A DNA stretch of 62,919 bases, the filler included, from Rhabdomonas costata (Eukaryota): assembly GCA_019059605.1 (NCBI GenBank). It is 43 parts of 43 records of this genome, joined end to end, with 100 filler letters (N's around TTAATTAATTAA, not from the genome) between each part and the next. Parts side by side here need not be neighbours in the genome. Positions count along the whole stretch, not along the records: positions 36,558 to 37,929 come from JAHMHO010017912.1; positions 38,030 to 39,399 come from JAHMHO010017913.1; positions 39,500 to 40,871 come from JAHMHO010017914.1; positions 40,972 to 42,343 come from JAHMHO010017915.1; positions 42,444 to 43,815 come from JAHMHO010017916.1; positions 43,916 to 45,287 come from JAHMHO010017917.1; positions 45,388 to 46,759 come from JAHMHO010017918.1; positions 46,860 to 48,231 come from JAHMHO010017919.1; 35 more parts are not named here. One strand, 5' to 3'. Shown piece by piece: positions 36,558 through 49,153 of this stretch (within the stretch, counting starts at the first letter, position 1; every line of letters starts with the position of its first letter). Below the pieces are notes generated by a model. It saw only the letters and a list, made by a program, of their open reading frames with translations, searched no databases and was not told the origin of the DNA. A program made the position numbers and the translations under genes.

Positions 36558-37929
36558 TGTGGTGGGTGTGGGTGGTGGTTGGTGGAGATCAAGTGCGACA
36601 GCATGGTTTGTTTGTAACTGGGGTGCTTCTCCAACTCCAAGATGGCCTCATTCAAAAAGTTGCTCTGCAAATCGGCCACAAACTCCAACAGCAGCTGTGC
36701 ATGGCTATGCTCTTCAGCATTTAGGCAGCACATCTGAAGAGAAGCGTCTTCAGTAATTGGAGGAATCACAACTCCCTGCTGACACTGAAATTCCGCCACT
36801 GAGTTGCACACAAGATTCCACATCTTCCGAAAGGTACCAAAACACACTTTTGCTTTTCTTCGTAGCTCGAAGTTCTCAATTTGTTCCAGCAACTGTAAAA
36901 CTCCCAAAGAGTTCGCCTGCTCAGATGTGAACCGGTAGGAAAAACAAGATTTCACTAAACGGAGGAATTCCACCGCAGCAGGAAGACACACCACAGCTTC
37001 CAAGGCGACGCAACTGCGGAAAAACAGAGCCAAAAACGGGTACTGCTGGCACAGTGGCTGCTCGAGAGCTTGGGCAGCGATATCGCTGTAGGTGGGGATT
37101 GGGTAAAGCTGAAAAAGGGAGAGGAGGTTCTTTTCTTGGTATTCCACTTGAGCGTCGGGAGAAAGGGAAGTCCAGTCGAACGTGTTTTCAAGCTCTTGTA
37201 GAAGTCGACAGGATTTGCAATCTCTTTGCATCTCTCGCTTCAGCGCCTGGATGTCCACATCCGCGGTCTCGACAAAAGGCCCGAAGGAATCCGAAAGCAA
37301 CTTTTCAAGGTGCTGCCGCGGGGTTTCAGCACTAAGAGCCCAAATAGTCTCAGGAATCCTGAAAATCGCCAAATGGACAAAGTAACAGGCATCATCCTGA
37401 TTACAGTTGAGCACTTGCTGCATAATTGAGAGGTCGTTCTTTTGGTGACGAATAATAAACTGCTGCACGTCCGGCACTTGCTTGGCATTAAAGAATCCGG
37501 GCAGTTCTTGCAAACACGCGGGGTTTACAGAGGCAATCAGGAGCTGAAGGTGAAGCATAATACGAGCCAGCCTCAAGCAGACGGGCGTGCGCAACCCTCT
37601 CACAACCATTCTAGGGTCTTCGCTGTTGGCTTCCTGCAAAATATAGCCGGGCAAGTCCCTCGTCGCTTGTGCAACATCATTCACTTCCTGAACCCCAGCA
37701 ACCGGATTGTGCTGTTGACCGCCAATTTCGAGCCCACATGCACTGCACCGGGCAAGCTCCATTGGTCTTGTGCACTCTCCCACGTAGTAGGGCTCTCCAC
37801 ATCGACAGAGCCACAGGCCCAGACGCTGACCCTGGTTTTGTAAGGCGCGCTCCACTGACGCAAGGTCATTGTCTGGCATGCTTGGCAGCAGGAAACGTCG
37901 CAGGGACAAGGGCGCAAAGCACAAAACCC
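36558..37929 (-). CDS. RNF213-like E3 ligase C-terminal region with RZ finger (partial)
   Basis: Open frame of about 450 codons: FLLPSMPD, LCRCGEPYYVGECTRPMELARCSACGLEIGGQQH, PGYIL, RLARIMLH, YPFLALF, FRKMWN. This matches the motif order of the RNF213 RZ-CTD region. Confidence 0.85.
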
Positions 37930-38856
37930 NNNNNNNNNNNNNNNNNNNNNNNNNNNNNNNNNNNNNNNNNNNNTTAATTAATTAANNNNNNNNNNNNNNN
38001 NNNNNNNNNNNNNNNNNNNNNNNNNNNNNGTGGTGGGGGCAGAGCCAAAATATATTATCCACCACATGGTAATCTCCAATTCCATGCACATGACATGAGC
38101 GGTCAGGTGTGGAACGAAAATTTCCTTAGTATTGGCTTCGCGTGATTGCGGATTTCGGTTAACGCTTTACCGGCGCCATCACTCATGAAGTTAGGTAACA
38201 TTGCCAAGCTGCTGATTCGCTGAATCGTCTCCGTTGGCTTGTGGACTTGCCAGCATCGAAACCGATGCAGGAAGCTCTTTGCCGGACACTATGGGCGCTT
38301 TCTCCGGATCGGAGGAAGAGTTGAGAAAGGCATAAGCTCTTAACTAGAATTACCAAAAAGAAAAAAAGGAAAATGAAATCCCAGCACCACAGCTCCGTGG
38401 ATGGGCGGATGGTCCGGAACTGAAAAATGGAATGCCATGCTTTAGAACCAGCCTCGGGGCGTCAGTTATTCCCACAGTAAGCCACAAACAGAGTGGCCGG
38501 GGCTCTCTAGCCCAAGGTAAGACTCTAGTCAGAACACGAGTCGAGCATCTATCCAAACCCCGGAGTTTACCAACTACATCCCATGGTATCTGTTTTACGC
38601 ATCCCCAAAACTCGGGGAAGTCGGTTTCCGTATGAAGGGAGGCGCCATACTTTATGACATACCGAGGTTAAACACCGCAGATGAGCAAATAAGGTCAAGC
38701 CCACAAATTGGCCTGCCATTCCTCAGTTGGCTTGTGAGGTCGCCACTCCAGCGATCGATGTGGCAAGACATCTGCGGAGCTGACACCGGGCAAAGGGATG
38801 CGATCGGAGAACAAAGCTGCTCAAAAATAGAAAAAAAAAGAGGAAAAGCAACTCAC

Positions 38857-39059
38857 CAACCAGAGACATAGCGGGATACCAAAGAGAAGGCCTGACTGCT
38901 GTTCACCGCCCACAGCAGGAACTCTACCGCCACCCGAGCGCGGTAGCATTCCGCTGCGCTGGAAGGTTGCTGGGCCAGTGGCAGCACCACACTGCTGAAC
39001 CCCGCGACGGGGTAGGCCTCGGACTGCGCGCTGTTCACAATCGCTGAGACCCTCCCCCC
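38857..39059 (-). CDS. PstS-like (phosphate-binding periplasmic fold) domain exon, probably a receptor ectodomain
   Basis: IVNSAQSEAYPVAGFSSVVL...C...VEFLLWA resembles the AYPI.gf...l...Fl.W C-terminal pattern of PstS-type domains. Confidence 0.6.
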
Positions 39060-39719
39060 CTTTTCAGGCGCTCCCAGCGAGAGTGAAAGAAACGAAGACA
39101 AAATGCTGTCCCTGTTCCCAGGGGGTGTTCTTATATTGTGCGGGGAGTCTGGGAGGTTAAGGCAAAGGTAGCTGATCCCTCGGGAACTTCCGAGTGACCA
39201 ACCGGAGTCCCTGCTTTTGCGGAAGAAGTTCTCGATATCTGTGCGTAGTGATGCATAGTTCTGTTTCTCTGTTTCTGCGTATGACGTTGAAAATCAGCTT
39301 ATTCCTTCCAAACTGTGAACATTGATGGTGCACTGCCTGTAAACCTCAAAAGTGCTTGATTCGACTTTACATCGAAGATGAAGTCATTACCACCCCCCCN
39401 NNNNNNNNNNNNNNNNNNNNNNNNNNNNNNNNNNNNNNNNNNNTTAATTAATTAANNNNNNNNNNNNNNNNNNNNNNNNNNNNNNNNNNNNNNNNNNNNT
39501 GTTGTTTTTTGCTTTTAGCCCGTTCTGCATTCTTCATGAAACTACCCCCACCGTGCTTTTGAGATGACGGGGCATTGAGGAGCCGACTAAGTTGGACCTG
39601 GCTGTGGGAATGAAGTTGGGTTGCGCACGGGAGGCTTTCCACGCCGATGGGCTGGGCACATGCGCGCCCTGTGTTTGCCGGCCGATGCGGCTGCTCACGC
39701 TCGGGGACAGCTGGGGTGC

Positions 39720-40650
39720 TCATATCCAGAGCCCTCTGAGGCTTTCCATCACTGTGACTTCGTCGGGTCTCTGGAATCGAGTCCGCTCCCCGTCGGTCCC
39801 TGTCAGGAAGGGGGGGGGCACACCGATGATGATGTCCCCGAGGAGGTTCAAGCGAAGCTCTGGGGCCCCGGTGAGGAAGCTCTTCACGGAGAGCGTGCCG
39901 TTGAGCAGAGAGTTGACCACCTGACCACTGCTGTTGAACACCACATTGATCTGAAGGACATCCCCCCCAACGCACCACTCACCCACCCACCCACTTGCTG
40001 AACATGAACGAGCCATGTACCCTTCACTGATATGTTTGGCTGGCCCTTTCCTTGATTCTTTACTGTGGTGAAAGCAAGGGAGATCTTCACAAGAAATGCA
40101 CACCTGTTAGAGCAGCGTTTTGTGCAATCATTCTGAGGCAGCTTTTTTTTGGGTTTCTCGACGTCGCACATCGGGTATAGCGTATACAAACCCGTCAGAA
40201 ATAGCTCAACATACACCGCACCTCCCCTCTCTCCTTTCCCGCAATTCATATAAACCCAACGGTCCAGGGCTGCAAAACAATAGACTTCCCCACCCCCAAA
40301 AGAAGTTGCGAAGCTGTTGAGTCCTCCGCAGCCTAAGACAAACTAAGTGCTTTTCTGGTGCACCACCGTGCCCTGCGACCCCTACGCACGAGTCTGCGTA
40401 GCGAGGGGAGGGGGCGTCTAGTGAACTTCCCACCGAGCCCATTATTCATCTGACAAGTAGCCAGGGCGTGTCCCCCTCCGAGGCCCACACGCCCACACGC
40501 ACGCACAGACCGCCTCGACGAGGTCGAGGTAGATCTCGTTCTTGTGGGCCTCGTCCTGGACAACGGATGCAGAGCACTCTGCGTAGGTCCGGCTGCGCTG
40601 CTGCGCGGAGCCCCCGCTTAGCGAAGACGCAACTTGTTGCTGTGTGCGTG
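39720..40650 (-). CDS. Adaptor complex mu subunit (AP-4 mu-like), partial
   Basis: Exon ending 40511 HKNEIYLDLVEA splices to the exon from 39950 INVVFNSSGQVVNSLLNGTLSVKSFLTGAPELRLNLLGDIIIG. The frame diverges afterwards. Confidence 0.85.
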
Positions 40651-42642
40651 CAACGAGCCATCGGGGGGCCAACCTCAACCCAACCGAGCGCTGAATTTAG
40701 AATGACGGGGAGCATTGGTGATCACTGTGAAGGGAAGAAAATATCATCTGTGCGAGCAAAGGAGACGCGATGGCTGCTGCGGCCCTCTCTGGCCATCTGA
40801 TAATTCTGTACCTTCATGACGGCACACGTCGAGAACCCAGAAGAAACCAGGGTGCTCGGTCCACAAACACANNNNNNNNNNNNNNNNNNNNNNNNNNNNN
40901 NNNNNNNNNNNNNNNTTAATTAATTAANNNNNNNNNNNNNNNNNNNNNNNNNNNNNNNNNNNNNNNNNNNNGGGGTGGTGGCTACCTCTCGTGTACCGCA
41001 CGTTGGGACCGAAGTTTGCTGGCCTAACCAATGTTGCGTGGACCTTGCGGACGGCATACACCGACATTCTCCTTCTGGACTTCGAGAAAGAAAACTTTTG
41101 TGGTAGGTGCGCAGTCGTTGGCCTTTACAACCTTTTCATTTTTCATTTTTTTTTAATTATTTCTTTTCGCTCTTGCAGGTGTGTAGGAAAAGCAGGTTAC
41201 ATAAACTATTAATGAACACGTGGTTTATCGGTGAAAAGAGCACGACCGAAAGAAAAAGTGAAGGGAAGGTGGTCGAATTCGCCTTGGAAAACTGGGCTTT
41301 GCAGTTTGTTTGCGCACTATTCTGTTCTTTTTGGAAACCGGGAGCCCACATCATGTAATGCTTCTTCTCAATGCTCAGTTGATGAGGCACCTTTGTTTTG
41401 TTTTGTTCAAGGAAAGCGATACTCCACCTGCGAAGAAGCATACCGGCTTTTCCATCCTGCGGAGGTCTGCGTGCCCTGTCCCACCCCCCTGCTCAACCTC
41501 TCCGACCCCAATTAATTTCAGCGTTTTCGGCGTTGCTCCCTCTCATCATGGACTTTCTCGATTTTCCCCACACAAACGCTTATGTGTTCGGTTTGCTGCC
41601 AGGGACCAGTATGGGATGCACTCACAATCTCACCGGGCCTTTCCAATACCAGCAGTTACAACAGCGCCGCATAGGGTGACGACTGTCCTGCTATGTTCTG
41701 ACTTGAGCCCTTGTCTATTTTTGTCCCTCTCCCAGTGGTTGCCTTGCCAAGCAAACGTCAACTTGGAATGCTGAGCGGCATCTGTCCTATGCTTCAGTTT
41801 AGAGATCTGCGGTGCGTTTCTTTCTCCCCTCACCCGTACCTCGCACCTCTCGCAGCTCTGTGATGGAGTGTTTCTGCGGTGTCACCGACCTCCGTTTCCG
41901 AGACTCAAGCAATCGTCGTGCTCCGGTGACGACGTCCCAAGCTGTTCCGCTGCGGCACCTTCTCGGGCACCTTCTGGCATCCCGGGACGCCATTTTCCCA
42001 CGGAAGGCGTTGCCGAGGTTTTGGCCAGCTCCCTCTTTCCCTCTCCTATCCACCCACAGTCGAAGTGCTGCTTATGATATGCAGAACTACGAACCCAAGT
42101 CCAGAACGCCAAGGCCCTCTGTGCATCTTCTGTGCATGTGGTTTTTTGTCAGCCCATCCTCAAACCCCCACACAATGGGAGAAGAGCGATTGAGAAAAAT
42201 AAAATGCACAATTGATCGAAACAAGAGATTCAAAACCAAAGAATCCTGAAGTAGTCTGAATCCCCATGACGAAAACAAACGAATGCATACGTGGCTTTTA
42301 TACAGGAACCTGATGAAAAAGTGAACACCACCACCAAACACACNNNNNNNNNNNNNNNNNNNNNNNNNNNNNNNNNNNNNNNNNNNNTTAATTAATTAAN
42401 NNNNNNNNNNNNNNNNNNNNNNNNNNNNNNNNNNNNNNNNNNNCCATTCATACGTCCTTGATAAACAGTTACACTTTACTTTTCTTTGTATGTGTGTGTT
42501 GGGCGCATTGAGCGCTGGCTGTTGCCTGGTTGCCTGTTAGTGACCACAGTGGACTGACGGGCGCACGCGCTGTCGGCCACGGATGCTCACAAGAGGTACC
42601 GTTGGAGCGAATGACGCCGTGGGGTACAACGGCTCACCGGTA

Positions 42643-43525
42643 AATTCGCTTCTGCCCCACGGGTTCTGGTCCTTTGTCGCGCAGCTGCTCTTTTCCAACG
42701 GCTACCTGCATGGCTCCATTACTTTATGTGCGTGTGCGTGTGCTGAAAACCTTGTCCGGGTTCCTGGGGAAGTTCTGCTCCACCTCCCGGACACGAAACC
42801 GCGACATGGGCGGGAACAGCACCTCGTCCTCCTGTTAGAAGGGCGATATTTTTTAATTGGGGTGGAGGGCAGTCCGAGTGAGCGAATCGCAAATCAGTCA
42901 ACGTGTCACAGAACAGGGTGCCATTCAACAGGCGCCCCTCCTCACGAGCTGCGAGGACCACGCTACTCTTTGGTATTTGGCTGATTTTCTTCTTGATTTG
43001 GGGACAGTTGTGTCGTTTGTTCGCGTTTGTGTATGTATGTGCGATGGTAAGACAGAAAAGAATCACGCACACACACACGTGAAGGAGAGCGATGAAGGAA
43101 AGAAAAGAAAAGGTGCCCCTAACCTAAGACGCGCGCAGCCTGGGTGCTCGCACGGAGGGTCCCATAGCTCTGTTGTCAGAAGTGGGGTGCCGAAGGTGGT
43201 GTGCCGGCTCTCCAAATGCATTCATCTGAAACCCCTTGCAGCCAAGACCCTCCGCCTGCCCCACGTGCCGGAGACAAAAACGCACGAAAGAAACTCTGTT
43301 TTCTCCCCCACCCGGCGCCCAACACTGGGGCGAGAAAACCTTGTCGAGGTGTGGTACATTTGGCACGCCCACTCCATTCCCAACCCAGAATGCGGGGAAG
43401 AAGTGCAAAGAACCGCCCATCCTGCGGCGGCACACGCACAACTCACCCCTGTGCACCACTCGGGCGGCCACGAGCAGCACCACACCTCAACCCAGGGCGT
43501 TGCTGATGAGGACACCACGCCACCA
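42643..43525 (-). CDS. Second R-S-E ADP-ribosyltransferase gene fragment
   Basis: Exon about 42750..42830 EDEVLFPPMSRFRVREV (ExE catalytic motif). Upstream pieces GRLLNGTLF (about 42912..42960) and VSSSAT (about 43495..43520). Exon junctions not fully resolved. Confidence 0.7.
43116..43359 (-). repeat. Structured interspersed repeat, copy B (inside ART gene intron)
   Basis: Reverse complement aligns with 60879..61080 from ATGYACCACACC to GCGCGCGTCTTAGSTTAGGGG, with internal insertions. Confidence 0.92.
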
Positions 43526-43953
43526 CTGGCAGGCAAGCAACTCACCCAAACAAACGCAACAGGGAGGACGACGGCTGGAATTCGCGCTCCTGGTCCGGGA
43601 GCAAAAGGGGGACGAAGCTGAGGCAACCCAAAGCCCCGCACGTACATCACCCACGCACTCACGAAGAGAGGGTCTCGGAGCAGTACATACACTCCGGCAA
43701 AAACAACACGCCCCAAATTTTAGCCACCAAGAAAACGACCTAACAGGAGGGGTAAGACTTTCATCATGGAAACCAAAGTATGATACCGGGGAAGGGGAAA
43801 AAGGAACAACAACCCNNNNNNNNNNNNNNNNNNNNNNNNNNNNNNNNNNNNNNNNNNNNTTAATTAATTAANNNNNNNNNNNNNNNNNNNNNNNNNNNNN
43901 NNNNNNNNNNNNNNNGGCAGATACCCAACGGCCAGTATACGTCTAGGTGCACT

Positions 43954-44929
43954 TCTGAATACCACCCCTATTGCACCTGGTGTTTGGGATCCATAATCGA
44001 CAGAAATTTGGTAAACGGCCAAGCCAACTGCATCGGTTTTGAGGTCCAAACGTCATGAGGGTCTAAGTCTGCACGCTTTCACGGTGTCGCCTTCCTAGAC
44101 GGGGTTGAGAGACAGATGCTGGCACTGTGTAAAATTGAGTAGTATGTGATACTGCACATCACGCAAACGGCACAGGCTCCACGATGCACAACTACGAAAC
44201 AATTGGGTGCTCCTTTGTCCACGTCTCGACGAACACTCCACTGAACCGAATGAAACAACTGAAAAACCCTCCCTTGGAGAGCAGGGTCCCCGCACTCCCA
44301 CCCCTGACTAATTTTAAGAGCGTTAAAGGTTGAGATGATCTCAGTATCTCTGTGTTATGCACGGACACTTACTATACTACGCATAAATTTTTTTAAAAAA
44401 AATCAATTTTTACAGAAGTAGTCTAAAACACGTTACATACACCTACAACAGAAACAATCACGTGCATGTAGTGAGTAGGACTGCTTCAGAGACGCTTGAA
44501 GCAAATGGTGAAATTGTATGTCAGAATTTTCTTGAGTTGTTGTTCAGCACCATATCATCCTACTTTTAGCCGTTTTGAATTAAAACATAAGAATTTTCAC
44601 CATTCCAGCAAAGAAGCATCATGCCCAACTGTCTCTCACTTCCTTTCTTTCCAGTAAAGATCTGACATGCGGAGAATCTTTGAATGTGCGATACAGTGAG
44701 GTGATATTTCTTTGGATTGAATTCCTGCCGATTGGGAGCTAAAAATGTCCTGCAAAAACGACGTGGTGGGGTGGTGCACTGCGAAATCGTATGTGGCATT
44801 TCGAACAAAGATCATCGTCCTTTCCGTGTGGGCGGGGTCTGAATTCCACCCCTATTGCACCTGGTGTTTGGGATCCATAATCGGCAGAAATTTGGTAAGG
44901 TCCAAACTTCATGAGGGTCTAAGTCTGCA
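43954..44929. repeat. Direct repeat pair (43954..44073 and 44838..44929)
   Basis: Near-identical TCTGAAT.CCACCCCTATTGCACCTGG...GAGGGTCTAAGTCTGCA. The second copy lacks 28 nt. Confidence 0.95.
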
Positions 44930-45969
44930 GTGGGACGAGTCCGGAGAAGTCACCCCTCTTGTCGAGGATTTTCCTTGACCTGCGCTGTGTCTCCCCTCCC
45001 GAAGCCTGCTATACTGCGCGCCTAACGTTGGGTTTCAACAAAAACTTGAATCCTTTCTAAGTTTTCGAACTAGGGCAGGGGCGTTTTGCCTGTTCACTCA
45101 GTCTCTTTTTCTTGGTGCAACGGTTTCCTTCTCTCCGCAAGGATGATGCTAAACTTTCGTCAATTCCTTTACCTGAGACATGATGAGCACCTTGGGCTGA
45201 CCTTCGTCCTTTTGAGGACTTTCTCTCTGGCTTTTCTTTTTTTTCTTTAAATTCCGACGCAAAAGTGTTGGGCACAAAACGGTGGAGNNNNNNNNNNNNN
45301 NNNNNNNNNNNNNNNNNNNNNNNNNNNNNNNTTAATTAATTAANNNNNNNNNNNNNNNNNNNNNNNNNNNNNNNNNNNNNNNNNNNNGATGGTGGTTGAT
45401 TAGCGGTTGATTAGCGTTTGATTCAGCGGATTGGTCTGGCCTTACAAAACTTTTTCACGCCCTTTCAACTAAGGAAACCAAATGGCGTTTCTTTTTTCGT
45501 TTCTTTTTTTCGAAAACAGGCACGGGATTTCCTTTTCCTTGAAATGATGTCACAGTCAGCAATGCGACTCGAATATTTGGAGTAGTCACTGTTGTTGACA
45601 AAAATGCGCGTTGAGCAGCTTTCTGGCTGCTGCACGCTGAAACAAAATCCTGTCCCATTCAAATTTAACAGTGCAGTTCTCGAGAGAAACAGCAACGCTC
45701 TTCTGGAGGGACCATATGACCATAGAAATGCTGCCCTGCTTCTAAAAATTCAGGGCCCACTTGGCCATGACGTGACATTCCTTACCAAAACATTACCAAA
45801 ACACAAAGTCCGTCCGTTGGAGAGGAGTACCGACGGTGCAAGGGGTCTTCAGATGAAGAAGCACAAAAACAAGAATAATTCCGAGCGAAAGAGGGAACTG
45901 CAAGCCACTCCGAACAGCCGCCCACAAGAATTTTGAATTGTAGTCACCAGTGTGCAATTAATTAAAGAC

Positions 45970-46379
45970 TTTGTCCTCGCCTGGCTGGACACCCGGCATC
46001 ATCACCTGCTCTAGAATGGCACAGAAAGCACCCCAAAACCCGACACAGCTCTGGCCAGCGCCTTTTCCGCGGACCTCAAGAGCGCCCATGGCGAGTGGCC
46101 GAAGGGCTTCCAGGACACTCACCATGAAGGCCACGCTGGGGGCCCACGAGAGCTGCCCCACGGCGCTGCGCAGCAGTCCTGGGGGCTCCCCAAAGCCCAC
46201 CGCCGTCAGCTTCAGTTCCACGGCTTCCACATCGCTAGTCCAGCTCCGAACAATCAGTGGCATTGACACAACCTTGGCGGTGTCTCGGGGAAGGCAGCTG
46301 GGGTCGACCTCAATCCATCCCACCTGAGTCCCGGAGCCGTCCACCAATCCCCCGCTCCAACATTACCACTTCCTTTGAC
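45970..46379 (-). CDS. Probable C2-domain C-terminal half; frameshift at a G5 run (46349..46353)
   Basis: TQVGWIEVDPSCLPRDTAKVVSMPL...VELKLTAVGFG. The terminal L.L.A..FG strand is typical of euglenozoan C2 domains. CAG acceptor at 46380. Confidence 0.5.
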
Positions 46380-47584
46380 CTGAAGATTTTTCGAAGGGTG
46401 GACCTGCCCTTACCCTGTAGGCAAAAGTGATTTTTACAACCCAAGGCAGGGGAAGGGGGGCGAAATGTGCAACCGGTCGACCCAAAAAATGCGATGCACA
46501 AAAATGCGAAAAAGAACAGCAAAATTATGCGAAATAATGCAAAAAAAAAATGAAATGAATTTCAAGCCAAAATTTCGCGCCGGGTCGATTTTATCTACAT
46601 CATCGTTCCATCTTTACAGGGCGGAGCAGAGCCACCGTTTCTTCACAAGCATCATCTTAACCTCAGCAGAGCCCTCTCAGCAATGCATTTTCAGCAAAAA
46701 TCTGGACCGTCCAAAAATGCTAAAATAAGCATCACCACTTTTCGCCCCCCCCACCCCCCNNNNNNNNNNNNNNNNNNNNNNNNNNNNNNNNNNNNNNNNN
46801 NNNTTAATTAATTAANNNNNNNNNNNNNNNNNNNNNNNNNNNNNNNNNNNNNNNNNNNNGTGGGTTTTTGAACATGGTTGGGAAAGAATCGAACGATAAA
46901 ACTGAACTGGGAAGCGGTACTGCGGAGTACTAACAAGTGCAAGTGAGCAAAGATAGAAACAAAGAGCGAAGAAAATGTCCCACAATAAAGCTTCGAGACC
47001 CATTGAAACAAATGCTCATGCCAGTGTGTCCGACGGAGCGAACATGAACCCTCACCCACTCTAAAAACACTGCAGTTGGGAGCCCTCAGCGTTGATTTTT
47101 TTTACAGACAAGAAATGGGGTGATTCCGCGAGGCGACATTTCGGTCATCCTTGTTCTAAAGACCGTATTAAAATCACTTCCTCAAAAAAATTGCAGCAAC
47201 GCTTGTTACACGCTTTCAACGTCCCTCAACTCTCCTCTCCAGGAAGGCATTGAAGCAATTCCAGAGTTTCGTGTAAAGACATGTGATCGCTCCCCCCAAA
47301 TCCGAGGTGCACTCACATAATGGGGACGGCTCTCTAAGGAACGGGTCTGAGAAGCTTGGCAAAGGATTGGGCTAAAACCCCAAGCTGTGGAATACGGCAC
47401 AAGTTCCTATGAGGGGCCTGAGAGCTGAAAGGCAGCAAGGGTTATGGAATGGGATCTGCTGCCGAAGGCAGCGTTCCTACTGAACAAACAGCATGCGTCG
47501 AACGGCAGGCCACAGTTTGATGTCCGAATTAGGTACTGGGATGGGGGGTGGGGGTGTCAAAGTGTGCTGTGCTCGAACCCTCAC

Positions 47585-48231
47585 CAGCTTTTGACCGCCC
47601 AGCATCCCCGTGAGCCTTGGCGGCCTCAGACTCGCCCAGCAGGCAGGCTGTGCAGTGCCACCGCCGCGAAGGCACCTGGAAGTACTCCCGCTGCAGCGCC
47701 GTGCACAGCCCGGCACACGGTGACATGTGGAACCACCGGTCACAGGCGTCGCAGCAGATCGAGCCGCCCTCCACGGCCTCGTCCCCATCTCCACGCTCAC
47801 AGCAGCCGTACACCCCATCGCAAGAGGGTTTCAGCCCACCCAGAACGGCGGCAGTTACATCTCGCGAGGGTTCCGGTTCATTCTTCACCCCTCCACCGGG
47901 AACTCGAGGCCACGCAAGCACACCATCACACTGTGCAGCAGAGCAGTTGTTATCGAGCCGACTTTTCTCAGGGTCTTCCTTCACAGAACCACTCGGTAGA
48001 TTGGGGAACACCGCAAGCCTGGGTTTCTTCCCCGGCGGCCCTTTTGTGTGGCAAAGCAGAGAGCTGAATATGGGGCTTCCCACCGAGCCAGGAAGAAGCC
48101 CAGGCGGCACCCACCAGCTGCAAGACAGCCCTGAAGCAAACCTAGTACGACCCTTGTCCATTCCAGCCACCGAGAGGTCAGCACATTTCTCAGAACTATC
48201 CTCGGCCTTGCAAAGTGATACCCCACCACAC
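47585..48231 (-). CDS. PHD-finger protein (partial)
   Basis: YGCC...ICCDACDRWFHMSPC...WHCTAC (C4HC3 pattern). Donor G|GTGAGG at 47584. Confidence 0.85.
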
Positions 48232-49153
48232 NNNNNNNNNNNNNNNNNNNNNNNNNNNNNNNNNNNNNNNNNNNNTTAATTAATTAANNNNNNNNNNNNN
48301 NNNNNNNNNNNNNNNNNNNNNNNNNNNNNNNGGTGTGGAAAGCAAGTTAAGTATCCACCACGATCTGCTACAACAATGACGATGCCCTCGTCTAAGAGTC
48401 GTCGATCCTTCCTTGCGAGCCAGCTCGGCGGCAGAATCCGTCGGTGCATTGATGAACTTGAATGAGATAGGGTACCGGGGGTTGCACGCAAAAGGTCGTC
48501 TGTGAAGGATTGTGCAGTGTGCCAGCGGTTAGCGTCGCTTGGGTTCAGCTAGAGGCAGATGTATGTGCGGAGAGGTGCGAGCAGAAATCGCTTCGAAGTA
48601 GGAGCCTGTGGGACGTCCCACCATCGACAATTCCATGAGCCGAATTCGGACTGATTGCTTCCAGAGGAATTTCCGAAAAGGGGAGATCAAAGCAGGTCCA
48701 CAGCTCAGCTCTTGACTTTCCTGCACGTTTCCTGGTGGTTTGGATTCTTTTTGAACCCCATTCTCCTCGCGGCCCAGTGCTTGCACTTCACCCCGCACAA
48801 AAAGCTCCCAATTTCGTGTACAAGGCATTAAAATTCCTCCCAAGGCTCGTGGTGCTGAACACAATGTGCCAATACTTGTTTCCTGCGGCCGAAGAAGGAC
48901 GAAAGGTGCGGTGTCGTGACGATTTCTTCGCTTGAAGTCATCAATAGAAACACCGTGTTTGTTGTCAATTGTGTGTTGAGTTCGGTGAAGCATTCGATGA
49001 CGAAAGCTACGGGTGCGAAGAGCCTAGAAAGCCACAAAATCCAAGCCAAACATCCGCAAAAATCCACCTCCGCCTCTACCTGCGCCGCAAATCTTCGTAA
49101 CAACACCTGAATCAAAGGAGTTCTACGAAGATTCCACGTTGTGCAGGGAGCTT

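Noticed and set aside
38240-38285. SRP RNA helix-8-like or snoRNA-like hairpin GCATCG-AAAC-CGATGC
   Set aside because: A simple 6-bp hairpin without the conserved SRP internal loops or convincing C/D boxes.
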